A DNA stretch of 64,000 nucleotides from Candidatus Thorarchaeota archaeon (GCA_016840685.1 JAEORX010000002.1:28852-92851); one strand, 5' to 3'; shown: positions 35,041 to 45,393, numbered from the stretch's first letter. Translations and numbers: made by a program. The notes: generated by a model not told the origin, from the letters alone.

Positions 35041-35266
35041 GAAAATCAGCTCACTACTCAAACCAATTTACTCTAACCAATGAAAGGCAAATAAGTATAA
35101 ATTATGGGCCTTTGTATACAAAACTGTATCCACACAAAATACCTTCTAAACAGCCTGTGAAAAAGTCTTCATATCACTCATTTCGAGTCTTTAAACGTTC
35201 ATAAGGCTGATTATAGATTCAATCTTGAACCAGATTAAACATGAAAATCGAACATGGTGAATTGCA

Positions 35267-35815
35267 TTGGGATCAAAGAAGATTGGAGGAAGCCCGGAAA
35301 AAAAGCTCATGAAACGGTTGACATCTGGTGCGCAACAGGCAATGAAGGAACCCATTCTAAAAAAGCTTCAGGAGGGATCCGTACTGAGTGAAGCTCAGAT
35401 GGAAACATTGCTTATTGATTTAGTAATTGAAGACAGATATGGAGCCCATATTACCTACGAAGACAAAGCAGCATACCGATCAAAACCCGGAACTAAATCC
35501 CGAGGTGTGTCTAGAGGATCATTTAACAGAACACTAAAACAGGCTCGTCGTAACTTATCCCGTTGTCTATACACCATGCTCCTTCTCGCATATCTTGGTC
35601 TCTTCGAACTGACAATATTCAGACCGTTTGAAGAGGTAGCCACTCGGATAGGAGATTATCGAAGAATTCGTGACATTCTTGCTGGTAAGGCTGAGTTAAC
35701 CATTGAGGAACTAGAAAGTGTCAGGACGATAGAACGAACGATCATGTCTGCTCTTGATGAAATCTCATCATCACTTGCTCTAAAATCTGAGATATCCAAG
35801 AAGAAATCTGACTGA
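35267..35815 (+). CDS. Hypothetical DNA-binding protein (HTH_10 / sigma-70 region-4-like helix-turn-helix)
   Basis: KSRGVSRGSFNRTLKQARRNLSR resembles the Bat / sigma r4 HTH. 182 aa, TTG start. Confidence 0.45.
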   Translation: MGSKKIGGSPEKKLMKRLTSGAQQAMKEPILKKLQEGSVLSEAQMETLLIDLVIEDRYGAHITYEDKAAYRSKPGTKSRGVSRGSFNRTLKQARRNLSRCLYTMLLLAYLGLFELTIFRPFEEVATRIGDYRRIRDILAGKAELTIEELESVRTIERTIMSALDEISSSLALKSEISKKKSD

Positions 35816-36222
35816 ACAATAAAAGAAAAGAAAATGGCTCGAGCGTGCCGCACCGAGAAGCATCCCGACGCATTTGAGCACAGTCCTACTCCATCACTCA
35901 AGCAACCATAAAGGTCATCCTGGAGGTTTGTTTGAGGAGATAGAGATGACAATGACTAGCGCCTGAAACGTCGGAGAGGTGTGTTTCGTCGACGTCGGCC
36001 TACTTGCCATTGTACGACACACTCATACTACATAGTGCAACAAAGCTACATAGTTCTAATCTTAGAACGAGAACTCTGTTCTTGTTTCAAACCAAATTTG
36101 GCGCTTTAAGTAATAATTTAATACATGTATTACAATAAATACAACTTTTAATATCCCAAGAAACCTTAATCATTATCTGAAAGATACTAGACACAGTCCA
36201 CAACTTGTGATAGTGATGTCAT

Positions 36223-37476
36223 TTGGGTGATGAAGATAGTCGAGATCGGCTTTTCAAAGCAGTCAGAGAACGCATCAAAGAAACCGATGAACACGAACGA
36301 ATCCAGATGATAGCTAACGCAATTGGAGACCGTCGGCATAGGGACCTTGTTGACATCATTTCCAAGATTGAAGAAGACAGTAATTGGTCTACTGCACTTG
36401 AGTTTTTGACCAAGGCACAACACATGAAGTACTCTTCACCAATGACAATTGGTCAGGATAAAACAGAGCTGGAAGAGCTGAAATTCAGGGAGATGGTGTT
36501 TGAATTATTATCTTGTCGTGGATTAGAACCAGCATCAATAGATATGCTCGACCTGCTAAAGAGCTTGAAAGATGAATCGTCACTCGTCGACGCTTCTCGT
36601 GCCACCATGAACAAACTGGAGCAATTGGTCATAGAGCAAATCAAAGCTGGTGACACACTATTCTTTGATTTTTCAGAGAATATCTCCGTTTCTGAAGAAA
36701 CAGTGAACCTGCTTGATCAGACCAGATACAACAATCTTGATAATATTTCAATAAATCAGAGTGAGAATCTTTTCAACATCGAACCGCTCTGGTACAACGA
36801 ATATGGTCGAGTCACGATGTTGAACTTGGGCATCAAGGGGAATATAGTAGACGCAGAAACTTTTGCAAGTGTATTATCAGTATTACAAGTCCCTTCTGCA
36901 GTCAAGACGAAACTTGTGGAGGTCTCATCACCCAAAGATACCAAGGAGTACTCGTTGACCTTTCCAACAAATCAGACCTATAATAAGCTACATACTCATC
37001 TTATTGATCAAGATGTTGATAATCTCAAAATATTAGCAAGTAGACATTCAGTACTTTTACTTAACACGCTTCTAAATGAAGCATTATCCATCTATGACAA
37101 CGCATCGTCCACAAACAGTTACAGAAAAATCCTCAACTACATCAATGTACATATTGTAGTACGTGATATTGAATCTATCCCAATATTGGAAAGACTCTCC
37201 CAAATCAATGATACACGTATTGCAACTACTGCAATTTTGGCTATTGGAACCTTCTACAATGAATCATCAGCATCAGCATTAGTGAATCTGTTTTGTAATG
37301 AGAAAAATGATGCAATGATAAAGGCATTAACAATAGCTATCGAGAATGTATACAGAAAATGTCCAGAGGCTGACTATGTGATTACCAGTTCAATAGATAA
37401 TGATTGCAGAAACCGTGGCAGTTTGAAGAAGCTATACAGGCGTCTCAGGAAGGAAAGACCACTGTATTACAAGTAG
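36223..37476 (+). CDS. Hypothetical protein with HEAT-like repeats
   Basis: ILERLSQINDTRIATTAILAIGTFYNESSASALVNLF..NDAMIKALTIAIENV has HEAT / PBS-lyase-like periodicity. 417 aa. Confidence 0.5.
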   Translation: MGDEDSRDRLFKAVRERIKETDEHERIQMIANAIGDRRHRDLVDIISKIEEDSNWSTALEFLTKAQHMKYSSPMTIGQDKTELEELKFREMVFELLSCRGLEPASIDMLDLLKSLKDESSLVDASRATMNKLEQLVIEQIKAGDTLFFDFSENISVSEETVNLLDQTRYNNLDNISINQSENLFNIEPLWYNEYGRVTMLNLGIKGNIVDAETFASVLSVLQVPSAVKTKLVEVSSPKDTKEYSLTFPTNQTYNKLHTHLIDQDVDNLKILASRHSVLLLNTLLNEALSIYDNASSTNSYRKILNYINVHIVVRDIESIPILERLSQINDTRIATTAILAIGTFYNESSASALVNLFCNEKNDAMIKALTIAIENVYRKCPEADYVITSSIDNDCRNRGSLKKLYRRLRKERPLYYK

Positions 37477-37535
37477 TATATAAGATTCCTATTTTGACGA
37501 CAGACATAAATCACACGCACTTCTGGCGTGGACTC

Positions 37536-38921
37536 ATGAAGGACTCTGAATCCGAGCTAATCAAGAGCATGGATCCATTCTTTAATCCAAAAAGTGTTGC
37601 CCTTATTGGTGCATCAACAGATTACAGGAAACTTGGCAACTCAATACTGATGAACCTATTAGCATCAGAGATTGACGTGTTTCCAGTGACTCGTGGTAGA
37701 AGCCGTGTGTTAGGAGTCCAAGCCTACGAAAGTCTCGCTGACCTACCAGAACCTGTTGATTTAGTAATCGTAGCAGTCGCAGCAAAGTATTGCCCTACAC
37801 TTATGCCTGAGATTCGAAAAGCTGGTGCACGGAATGCAGTGATAATTTCTGGTGGATTTAGTGAGGCAGGACCTGAAGGCGAACGACTAGAAACGAACCT
37901 TGTTAATGCAGCTCAAAATGCAGGAGTTCGTGTTCTTGGTCCGAACTGTGTTGGAGTGTCAAATAGTCGTTTGTTTAATGGCACATTTACAATGATGCCT
38001 GAACGCGGCAATATTGCATTTGTTTCACAAAGTGGTGCTCTTGGAGGAATGATTATCTATACAACCAGAGCCAAGAGGATTGGGATGAGTAAGTTTGCTA
38101 GCATTGGTAATTCAGCAGATGTAGGTTTCGTTGAAATTATCAACTATTTCAGAGAGGACCCCAAATCCTCAGTCATTGCAGCCTATATCGAAGGTGTTGA
38201 TGAAGGAAGGGCATTGTTCGAGTCTTTGCATAATGCAGCAAAAGTAAAGCCTGTGGTAATATTGAAAGGTGGACGAAGCGAGGCTGGTGCCCATGCCACT
38301 CAATCACATACTGGATCGTTAGCCGGATCAAGTAAAGTGTTTGATGGAATGGTGCGTCAAGCAGGTTGTGTCACTGCACCAACCTTAGACACCTTATTTG
38401 AAATCTGCAAGCTATTTGATTATCAACCTATAGCAAAGGGAAACCGAATTGGTATTATCAGTAATACAGGGGGTGCAGGAGTTCTCGCTACCGATGCAAC
38501 ATCTGAGCTTAACCTTGAGATATCTAAGCTCTCAAAGAACACAAAAGAAGAACTTCGCCAAGTTTTACCTCCAATGGCTTCAACAAGTAATCCAATTGAC
38601 GTTGTGGCAAGTGGTGGTAGAAGAGAATACAAAATAGCAACTGAGCTCCTGTTAAAAGATTCCAATGTTGATATTCTTCTTGTCATATGCGCAGTTCCAA
38701 CATTCGCGGGGATGACACAAACCGAGCATGCGGCAGGAACATTGGAGGGAGTCCGTTCAATTTCAGCAGAAAAACCAGTTGTTGGAGTATGGTTAGCTGG
38801 AGATGTTGGAAAACCAGGAAAAGATCTCTTAGAGATGAACCGGATACCATGTTATGATGATCCTGCACAAGCAATTCTTTGCATTGCACGCGTAGTGGAA
38901 TATGCAAGGACTCATCACTAA
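37536..38921 (+). CDS. acdA: Acetyl-CoA synthetase (ADP-forming) alpha subunit / CoA-binding succinyl-CoA-synthetase-like; start moved to the ATG at 37536
   Basis: FFNPKSVALIGAS CoA-binding site, GPNCVG and QSHTGSLAGS phosphohistidine loop. Confidence 0.85.
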   Translation: MKDSESELIKSMDPFFNPKSVALIGASTDYRKLGNSILMNLLASEIDVFPVTRGRSRVLGVQAYESLADLPEPVDLVIVAVAAKYCPTLMPEIRKAGARNAVIISGGFSEAGPEGERLETNLVNAAQNAGVRVLGPNCVGVSNSRLFNGTFTMMPERGNIAFVSQSGALGGMIIYTTRAKRIGMSKFASIGNSADVGFVEIINYFREDPKSSVIAAYIEGVDEGRALFESLHNAAKVKPVVILKGGRSEAGAHATQSHTGSLAGSSKVFDGMVRQAGCVTAPTLDTLFEICKLFDYQPIAKGNRIGIISNTGGAGVLATDATSELNLEISKLSKNTKEELRQVLPPMASTSNPIDVVASGGRREYKIATELLLKDSNVDILLVICAVPTFAGMTQTEHAAGTLEGVRSISAEKPVVGVWLAGDVGKPGKDLLEMNRIPCYDDPAQAILCIARVVEYARTHH

Positions 38922-38956
38922 AGAAACAAGGTACTCTGATATTGGTATTACAATTT

Positions 38957-39259
38957 TTATGTTTCAAGATATTCCTCCGCTATCTGCGGGAATTCTTGTG
39001 CAACAGCTTCTCGGAGCTGTTTTTCTACCCACATACTAAGATTGATTGCCTTTGATTTTCTAATAGCCTTTAGACAAGCCCTGAGATCCGTTGGAATAGA
39101 AAAAGAAACGATTGGACTTTTACGTTCCCTATTTGGGACCGAAGATATGAGCTCGCTCCGCTTTCCTACTAGTTCAGCTTCTACAGATGTGACCCTTGAG
39201 GGTTTTTCTTCTTCCTCTTCTTTTTCCGTTTCTTTTCTATACTTACCAAGTAGACTCAT
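38957..39259 (-). CDS. Ribbon-helix-helix (CopG-like) protein; start at the ATG one nt after the ATPase stop
   Basis: PIVSFSIPTDLRACLKAIRKSKAINLSMWVEKQLREAV fits a beta-strand plus two helices. AAGGAGGT lies 10 nt upstream. Confidence 0.6.
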   Translation of the reverse strand: MSLLGKYRKETEKEEEEEKPSRVTSVEAELVGKRSELISSVPNRERKSPIVSFSIPTDLRACLKAIRKSKAINLSMWVEKQLREAVAQEFPQIAEEYLET

Positions 39260-39260
39260 T

Positions 39261-40235
39261 TTATTGTACCTCCTTGAGAATGGTTGCATACGCTTCAGAA
39301 ACAAGTACTGCAATGTTTCTATTCACCTCTGGGTTGCCAGAATTTCTAAAGTTCTCAGCAGCCACTTGTTGACACCCACGTGCTAACATTCGAATGTCAC
39401 GTGGATTACCCTTTGCGGAAGTATTGATGACTTTCACTGCCTCCTCGCTATAGGGGTAAATATCGAAATTCTCAGGATTGAAGATATCAATCCGACCTTG
39501 GGCATACGCTATACGACGACCTATGAACTCTCTTGCTTTTGCATCATTAAGGGGAGGAACATCAAGAGGTTCAGTTCGATCTGCAATCTGTGGTAAGAAC
39601 GAAAGCATCGCATTCCAGTATATCATTGTTCCAGACATAACTAGAGTGAATATCGGCTCATCAAGAGCTCCTGCGTATGCATCTATCATTTCCTCAGTAG
39701 GCAAATCTGCAAGGAACCTCAATTTGTGAAATGCCGCCTCTTGATTATCAGCAACATCTTCAATGAATAATGCAGTACGACTCTTTTCTTCGAGATACCT
39801 TCGAAGACTTTCTTTTGCGACGGCATCGATGATTTGACTAGACTCCCATGATCTTCGATATTTTATCCGTAGAGAATCAGCAATTGCTGAAGCCATTTGT
39901 TTCTCATAGAGACCAGTCATACCAACATAACCAGTAATGAATTTGTTACCCTTACGATCCGCCAATGTGGGTAGGTCTCTTAATGCCAAAAGCATCAATG
40001 TGCTTTTACCTGACCCAACTGGTCCCCGAATGAAGACATGACGTTCATTTGTAATGATTAAATCAACAATAGAATCCAGAAAATCGCTGTCCTCAATATA
40101 CAGCCGACTATCTGGCATCTTGAAGCCCCGAAATGGTGAGAATCTAGCACCGATTTTTTCTTCCCAAGCCCGGAGAACTTCTTTACGAGTATTAAAGTGT
40201 CGAATCAATGCACTCTCATGAATTGCAATTGTCAT
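39261..40235 (-). CDS. P-loop AAA ATPase (ExeA / AAA_22 / Orc-like), unknown function; start at the internal ATG (MTIAIHES)
   Basis: Walker A RGPVGSGKSTLML, Walker B ALFIEDVADN and a C-terminal SAKGNPRDIRMLA motif typical of ExeA/TniB-like ATPases. Confidence 0.75.
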   Translation of the reverse strand: MTIAIHESALIRHFNTRKEVLRAWEEKIGARFSPFRGFKMPDSRLYIEDSDFLDSIVDLIITNERHVFIRGPVGSGKSTLMLLALRDLPTLADRKGNKFITGYVGMTGLYEKQMASAIADSLRIKYRRSWESSQIIDAVAKESLRRYLEEKSRTALFIEDVADNQEAAFHKLRFLADLPTEEMIDAYAGALDEPIFTLVMSGTMIYWNAMLSFLPQIADRTEPLDVPPLNDAKAREFIGRRIAYAQGRIDIFNPENFDIYPYSEEAVKVINTSAKGNPRDIRMLARGCQQVAAENFRNSGNPEVNRNIAVLVSEAYATILKEVQ

Positions 40236-40347
40236 CGTGCGGACCTCAATAGAGATGGTATCACAAGTACTTCTTGTAATACAATTTTGAAACATTACTT
40301 CCTGATATAAAATCTATGGTAAATTAAGCTACTTAGACACAACCTTT

Positions 40348-40388
40348 TTGAACGGATTGAACTGGCTGAAAGTTCAAATCAAGTTCAA
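40348..40388. promoter_or_regulatory. Nested inverted repeat TTGAAC-GGA-TTGAAC...GTTCAA-ATCAA-GTTCAA in a divergent promoter gap
   Basis: TTGAAC at 40348 and 40357; GTTCAA at 40372 and 40383. Read directly. Confidence 0.4.
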
Positions 40389-40412
40389 GACACAGTATAG
40401 GAGTCACCGTGA

Positions 40413-40691
40413 ATGGATGTAGATAGAATCAAACATATCATGAACTCACTGATGATCTTCTCGTTTCTCATCTTTGGCGCTCTTTCAGGAATCCTATTGA
40501 TATCAGATACCCCATTAACCAACACTTCTGTTTCTCTACCTTTTGCATTTCTATACATCTCACTTGCCACTTTTATTATGACAGCTCAAATCAGCGAGCG
40601 TCCAAAATTAGTACAGAAGTATCTTCGTGACTGGTTGATTATATGTCTCGTTGGAATTATCATCAGTGCTTTAACTTTCACACTCTCTTGA
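40413..40691 (+). CDS. Small membrane protein (about 3 TM helices)
   Basis: 92 aa with hydrophobic helices. No family recognised. Confidence 0.4.
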   Translation: MDVDRIKHIMNSLMIFSFLIFGALSGILLISDTPLTNTSVSLPFAFLYISLATFIMTAQISERPKLVQKYLRDWLIICLVGIIISALTFTLS

Positions 40692-40761
40692 TTTGGAACA
40701 CAAGAGTTTAGAACTACTATGATTCTATCCATGCTACTCTACTCTTCAAGAGGTGACAATT

Positions 40762-41397
40762 ATGAGTAAGATTCTGCCTGGCACAAAGACTACTCGCATG
40801 GAACTTCTCGCATTAAAGAACAGAATGAGATTGGCTGAACGAGGACATGACCTTTTACGAGAGAAGCGAGACTCTCTCATAATGGAGTTTTTCAATGCCA
40901 TAGCAGAAATCAAAGAAACCAGAGAGAAGGTGGATGTTGCCCTCTCTGAAGCATTTTCAGCTCTTACTGAGGCAAAAATGGTAATGGGTCCCGCAAGAGT
41001 TGTAGAGTTTGCCTATGCTAGTAGATTTGAAGCAAATCTTAGTATATCGACTAGATCAATGATGGGAGTCAGAGTCCCTGTTCTATCAGTAGAGCAACGC
41101 ACTCCTGATCTTCCTTATTCTCTTTCAGACTCAAGCGCAAAATTCGATGTGATGAGTGATAAATTCAAAGAAGCGCTCAATGCAATAGTCCGTTTGGCAG
41201 AGATTGAATCAACAGTTAAGCGACTTGCTCTTGAAATTGAACGTACAAAACGACGAGTGTCAGCACTCGAAACTGTGGTAATTCCGCGTCTAGATGCAAC
41301 CGCACGTTTTGTGAAGCTTGCCCTTGAGGAACGAGAACGGGAAGATTTCGTTAGGCTTAAGATGGTTCGAGACTGGATCACGCAAGAAGAAGACTGA
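40762..41397 (+). CDS. atpD: A/V-type ATP synthase subunit D (isolated from other ATPase genes)
   Basis: TRMELLALKNRMRLAERGHDLLREKRDSLIMEF and a C-terminal coiled coil. Confidence 0.9.
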   Translation: MSKILPGTKTTRMELLALKNRMRLAERGHDLLREKRDSLIMEFFNAIAEIKETREKVDVALSEAFSALTEAKMVMGPARVVEFAYASRFEANLSISTRSMMGVRVPVLSVEQRTPDLPYSLSDSSAKFDVMSDKFKEALNAIVRLAEIESTVKRLALEIERTKRRVSALETVVIPRLDATARFVKLALEEREREDFVRLKMVRDWITQEED

Positions 41398-41424
41398 TAC
41401 AAAGTATTATTTGTATTACAATGA

Positions 41425-41832
41425 TTAGCGTCTCAATTTTAGAATGGCCGCTGCCAGGTCTCCTTCAGTTTCCTCTAAGGCTTGCTTTGCTATCTGAATA
41501 TCAACTCCCGTCTGGCTCGCAACCAATGCTGCGTCTTCCATCGGTATCTCAATCCTCTTAACAATCTCTGGAGATTCGCCAACTTTGGTATCACCAACTC
41601 CAGTAATTCCTCTCTCACTCTTTGCACCGGATACCTGAAATGACTCACTACCAGCCTGCTTAATCATAGTCACCTGAGCATTGGGAATAACCCACTCTTT
41701 GTCAGCAAAACGGATTATCACCTCTTTGACCCCTTCTACCTCTTTCTGTTCAATACCCATCTTTTTCATCATTCGCGCCATTTGTTTTGGTGATAAGCCT
41801 CGGAATCCCATTCGATCAATCTCCATTGACAC
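41425..41832 (-). CDS. nac: Nascent polypeptide-associated complex protein (NAC + UBA)
   Basis: MARMMKKMGIEQKEVEGVKEVIIRF and a C-terminal UBA segment IAKQALEETEGDLAAAILKL. Confidence 0.85.
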   Translation of the reverse strand: MSMEIDRMGFRGLSPKQMARMMKKMGIEQKEVEGVKEVIIRFADKEWVIPNAQVTMIKQAGSESFQVSGAKSERGITGVGDTKVGESPEIVKRIEIPMEDAALVASQTGVDIQIAKQALEETEGDLAAAILKLRR

Positions 41833-41905
41833 TCAAAAAGTGCAAGTGTTTTCTTTCACTTATTTTCTACACATGCTGGTTTTACGGATGATAAAACGAT
41901 TACGC

Positions 41906-42730
41906 TTAGGCCATCGTAATGATATCAAACACATAGTGTCCGACTCCAGGTGAATAGTTCTTGACATGAATTGTGTTGACAGTTGAATCATAGCCAGAGT
42001 TTCTACATGTTTCTTTAATATCAACTATCTTATTCTCTAATTCGAACTCAGGGACATTCATGTGCATATGAACAATGCCTCCATCTTCAACCAATGTTTC
42101 AAGAGCAGATGGCAAGTATCCGATGGTATCATGAAGATATCCCATGACAACTCGATTGGCGGTTTTCCTGGGGTGAACTAATCGGCAGTCTCCTAGTAAT
42201 GCAGATACTTTACTCTCCAATCCATTCAATCTGATGTTTTCAAGTAGATAATGAAATGCTTCCTCGTTAATTTCTATTGCAGTAACTTTGACATCAGCGG
42301 ATTTTGCAATATGAAGCGCGAATTGGCCCACACACGAAAACATGTCCACAACATGTTCTCCTTCCTTGACCAGTCTTGACAAACGCATACGTTCCCGTCT
42401 ATTACCCCCCGAGAATGTCAAACGAAGTGGATCCAATAAGAAATGTACTCCATTTTCGTAGTGTATGGTCGTTGTATTACTCAATCCTGCAACCAATTCA
42501 TACGATGGTAATCTCATGACTCCTTCTGTTGGACCGGTTCTTGCAGCTACTGATAATATACGCCGGTTAAACTGCAGGGTCTTTTCTCCAATGGATGAGG
42601 CATAATCCATTGTTTCAGAATTGAGATGTAGTAGGGCAACATGTCCTACGAGGTGAAAACCTGATGGTAAGACAGCATTATCAGGAATTACACCTTTCAA
42701 CTCATCTCTGAGAAAATCCCGGTACTTCAT
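41906..42730 (-). CDS. trm5: tRNA (guanine37-N1)-methyltransferase Trm5 (Met-10+ family)
   Basis: FHLVGHVALLHLN, VVDMFSCVGQFALHIA SAM motif. Confidence 0.85.
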   Translation of the reverse strand: MKYRDFLRDELKGVIPDNAVLPSGFHLVGHVALLHLNSETMDYASSIGEKTLQFNRRILSVAARTGPTEGVMRLPSYELVAGLSNTTTIHYENGVHFLLDPLRLTFSGGNRRERMRLSRLVKEGEHVVDMFSCVGQFALHIAKSADVKVTAIEINEEAFHYLLENIRLNGLESKVSALLGDCRLVHPRKTANRVVMGYLHDTIGYLPSALETLVEDGGIVHMHMNVPEFELENKIVDIKETCRNSGYDSTVNTIHVKNYSPGVGHYVFDIITMA

Positions 42731-42756
42731 TGTCGTTCACAAATCGCTAGACATGT

Positions 42757-44025
42757 CTAGCAGTATATGCTACTAGGCGCATGATCACCCAATCCTCGCT
42801 CTTGAACCTTTGAGATAGCTTTTCTGAAATCCTCTTGAGTGACGCATGTTCTATTATCTCGAATTGCAAACATACCCGCTTCAGTACACATCGTTTTGAT
42901 GTCCGCACCAGTTCTTCCTTGTGTAGCTGAAAGGAGTTGATTGAAGTCAACCGCTGAATCTATGTTCATACCACGAATATGAATCTTGAAAATTTCTCTT
43001 CTACTTGCATCATCTGGTAATGGGAACTCAATAATCCGATCGAAACGACCCGGTCGTAGGAGCGCTGGGTCCAAGATGTCTGGACGATTAGTTGCACCAA
43101 GAACCGCCACTTGACCCCGACTCTCAAAACCGTCCAGCTCGCTTAGAAGCTGCATCAATGTACGCTGTACTTCCCTATCACCAGAAGTAGCAATATCAAG
43201 TCTATGAGAGCCAACTGCATCAAGTTCATCAACAAATATGATTGCTGGTGCTTTCTCCTTTGCAAGCATGAATATCTCTCGGACAAGCCGAGCACCTTCG
43301 CCTATGAATTTCTGAACGAGCTCTGAACCAATAACACGAATGAAGGTCGCATTGGTTTCATGAGCGACTGCCCTGGCACACAGAGTCTTACCAGTGCCTG
43401 GCTTACCTGTTAGTAGAACTCCCTTTGGTGGTTCTATACCCACTTGTTCAAACAACTCAGGTTTCAGGAGTGGAAGCTCAACAGTTTCCCTAATCTCTCT
43501 AAGTTGATCCAACAACCCTCCAATATCTTGGTAAGACACATTAGGGGCTTCCTCAATTTCCATGGCACGTATTATAGGATCACGGGAGGGTGGGAGTTCC
43601 TGCGTGATTGCAAAAGATCTCTGATTGAGTGCGACAAGAGCCCCAGGTTGTAGCTTGTCCTTAGGAATTGATGAAGCAACGTGAACAACAAAGTTTGGAC
43701 CTGTTGAGCTCTTGACTATCGCTCTACCATCTTCTAACATCTCAGTAATTGTGGCGGTAATAAGAGGGGATTGTCTGAGTTTCTCAAGCTCAGTCCTTAG
43801 AGTTTGAGTTTCCTTTTCAAGCCGACTGCGTTCAGCTTGGAGTATCTGTTTCTCTGTTTCCAATGCTCTAAGCCTGCGTTCTAGGTGTCTAGTATAGCTC
43901 TGCGAGTAAGCCGAATCATCAACACTGCTCTCGTCCTTTGCATCTGCAGTCCCTGGCATTGGATGGCACCTCACGACCTCATCAACTGTAGTTGTTTTAA
44001 GGATTGCTTTGAGGGAGCCAAGCAT
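42757..44025 (-). CDS. pan: Proteasome-activating nucleotidase
   Basis: N-terminal coiled coil, OB domain, [20 protein letters not shown], and a C-terminal hydrophobic-Tyr-X ending (IYC). Confidence 0.95.
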   Translation of the reverse strand: MLGSLKAILKTTTVDEVVRCHPMPGTADAKDESSVDDSAYSQSYTRHLERRLRALETEKQILQAERSRLEKETQTLRTELEKLRQSPLITATITEMLEDGRAIVKSSTGPNFVVHVASSIPKDKLQPGALVALNQRSFAITQELPPSRDPIIRAMEIEEAPNVSYQDIGGLLDQLREIRETVELPLLKPELFEQVGIEPPKGVLLTGKPGTGKTLCARAVAHETNATFIRVIGSELVQKFIGEGARLVREIFMLAKEKAPAIIFVDELDAVGSHRLDIATSGDREVQRTLMQLLSELDGFESRGQVAVLGATNRPDILDPALLRPGRFDRIIEFPLPDDASRREIFKIHIRGMNIDSAVDFNQLLSATQGRTGADIKTMCTEAGMFAIRDNRTCVTQEDFRKAISKVQERGLGDHAPSSIYC

Positions 44026-44100
44026 GCCAATGAGAGAATCTCCCAGTCGATAATCTTTATCAACCCACCTTACCTCATATGAAGGTAGAAGGAATCTGCT

Positions 44101-44685
44101 GTGCCCAGTTGTGAACTATGTGGCAGAAACATGAAGGGTCGTGGAAGAAACGTAACAATTGAAGGAGCCTCTATGATAGTCTGTCCTCAGTGTGCTGAAA
44201 AGTTCGGTGGTCAACCCCAATTCTCTGAGTCTCGAGCATCAGCACCTTCACGGACACATCTCTCCTGGGTTGAAAGTCCCGAAAGAGCAACAGCTCCCTC
44301 TTCCAAGCGAGTTTTCAAACCTAGCACGAAACCAAAACCTAGAACTGGTGTATTGATTGATGATATGGAATTAATTGAAGATTATGCGAAAAAAATCCGT
44401 GTTGCTAGACAACAAAAGAATCTATCTCAAGAAGAGCTTGCTCAAAGGATTGGTGAACGTATCTCAACACTTCAGTCGATTGAAACAGGCCGACTAAAAC
44501 CAACAGGGAAGACCATTCGAGGCCTTGAACGGGAGCTCGAAATTTCTCTTTTGGAAACAGTAGGTACTGTGCCCATTAAGCCAACCAAAGGTACATCTGG
44601 TGCTGGTCCAACCCTCGGCGATCGGGTCATTGTGAAAAGGAAAATGTCTCAAAAAGCGCGTCAAGAGGATACCGAAGCGAAGTGA
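44101..44685 (+). CDS. mbf1: Archaeal multiprotein bridging factor 1 (zinc ribbon + XRE HTH)
   Basis: [15 protein letters not shown] and [36 protein letters not shown]. Confidence 0.85.
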   Translation: MPSCELCGRNMKGRGRNVTIEGASMIVCPQCAEKFGGQPQFSESRASAPSRTHLSWVESPERATAPSSKRVFKPSTKPKPRTGVLIDDMELIEDYAKKIRVARQQKNLSQEELAQRIGERISTLQSIETGRLKPTGKTIRGLERELEISLLETVGTVPIKPTKGTSGAGPTLGDRVIVKRKMSQKARQEDTEAK

Positions 44686-44786
44686 ATATATAGTATCTGG
44701 ACGTATAATATTATAGGTGTAAATTTCCACTGCGGATGTTTTCGCTATTATCTGGGTCAGTCGACTAGCCATATTACACACTCTGG

Positions 44787-45320
44787 GTGATTACATCAAT
44801 GGTTCACACGAATTTCAATCACGACCTCTTCCGACTTGTTGTTGAAGAAATTGCTGGAAAAGAAGGGGTAGATGTATCGACTGTCTTGGTCAATGCAGAA
44901 GAAACCACTGATGAAGAAATTGCGACAAAAACCGATCTAAAGCTAAACATTGTAAGAAAAATACTCTACAAGCTTCACGATAACCATCTTGCATCATACC
45001 GACGAATCCGAGATGCTAATACTGGCTGGTTCTTATACTATTGGCGAATCGATCCTAAAAAAGCACAAGCTCTGGTCAATAGGAAGAAGCGGATGGTACT
45101 CAACCTGCTTGAACAGAGACTGGAACACGAAAGCAATAACGACCTTTATGTGTGTATCAATCGTGACTCATCTCCAGTACCCTTCGAAGAGGCAATGAAC
45201 CTCTCGTTCCGCTGCCCAACATGTAATGGCCAGCTCGAGTTTGTCGATAATGCACGAGCCATCTCATTTTTGAGAAAACGCGTTGAAGAGCTCAAAGCTG
45301 ATCTAGAAGCATCCTCATGA
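44787..45320 (+). CDS. tfe: Transcription factor E alpha
   Basis: N-terminal winged helix (IATKTDLKLNIVRKILYKLHDNHL) and a zinc ribbon (FRCPTCNGQLEF). Confidence 0.85.
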   Translation: MITSMVHTNFNHDLFRLVVEEIAGKEGVDVSTVLVNAEETTDEEIATKTDLKLNIVRKILYKLHDNHLASYRRIRDANTGWFLYYWRIDPKKAQALVNRKKRMVLNLLEQRLEHESNNDLYVCINRDSSPVPFEEAMNLSFRCPTCNGQLEFVDNARAISFLRKRVEELKADLEASS

Positions 45321-45393
45321 TTGTCAACCTCCAATAATCTCTTTTACAAAAGGTAATTAATGAAACCCAACGAAAAAGGTTTGAGACTCTACT

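Noticed and set aside
35816-36010. SRP RNA, RNase P RNA, split-tRNA half or H/ACA guide in the GC-rich island
   Set aside because: None of the conserved motifs I know is present (SRP helix-8 GGAA/AGCA loops, RNase P GGAAAGUCC, a T-arm GGTTCRAATCC). The candidate H/ACA fold had only 4-bp stems. It is retained only as a low-interest unexplained region.
37404-37535. N-terminal 44-residue extension of the acdA ORF, and similar extensions at 28752..28841, 40236..40295, 46028..46150, 49189..49227, 57510..57569, 59322..59456 and 59973..60041
   Set aside because: The extensions overlap neighbouring genes or lack homology to the family N-termini. Internal ATG/GTG/TTG starts with better spacing or an RBS fit the conserved N-terminal motifs.
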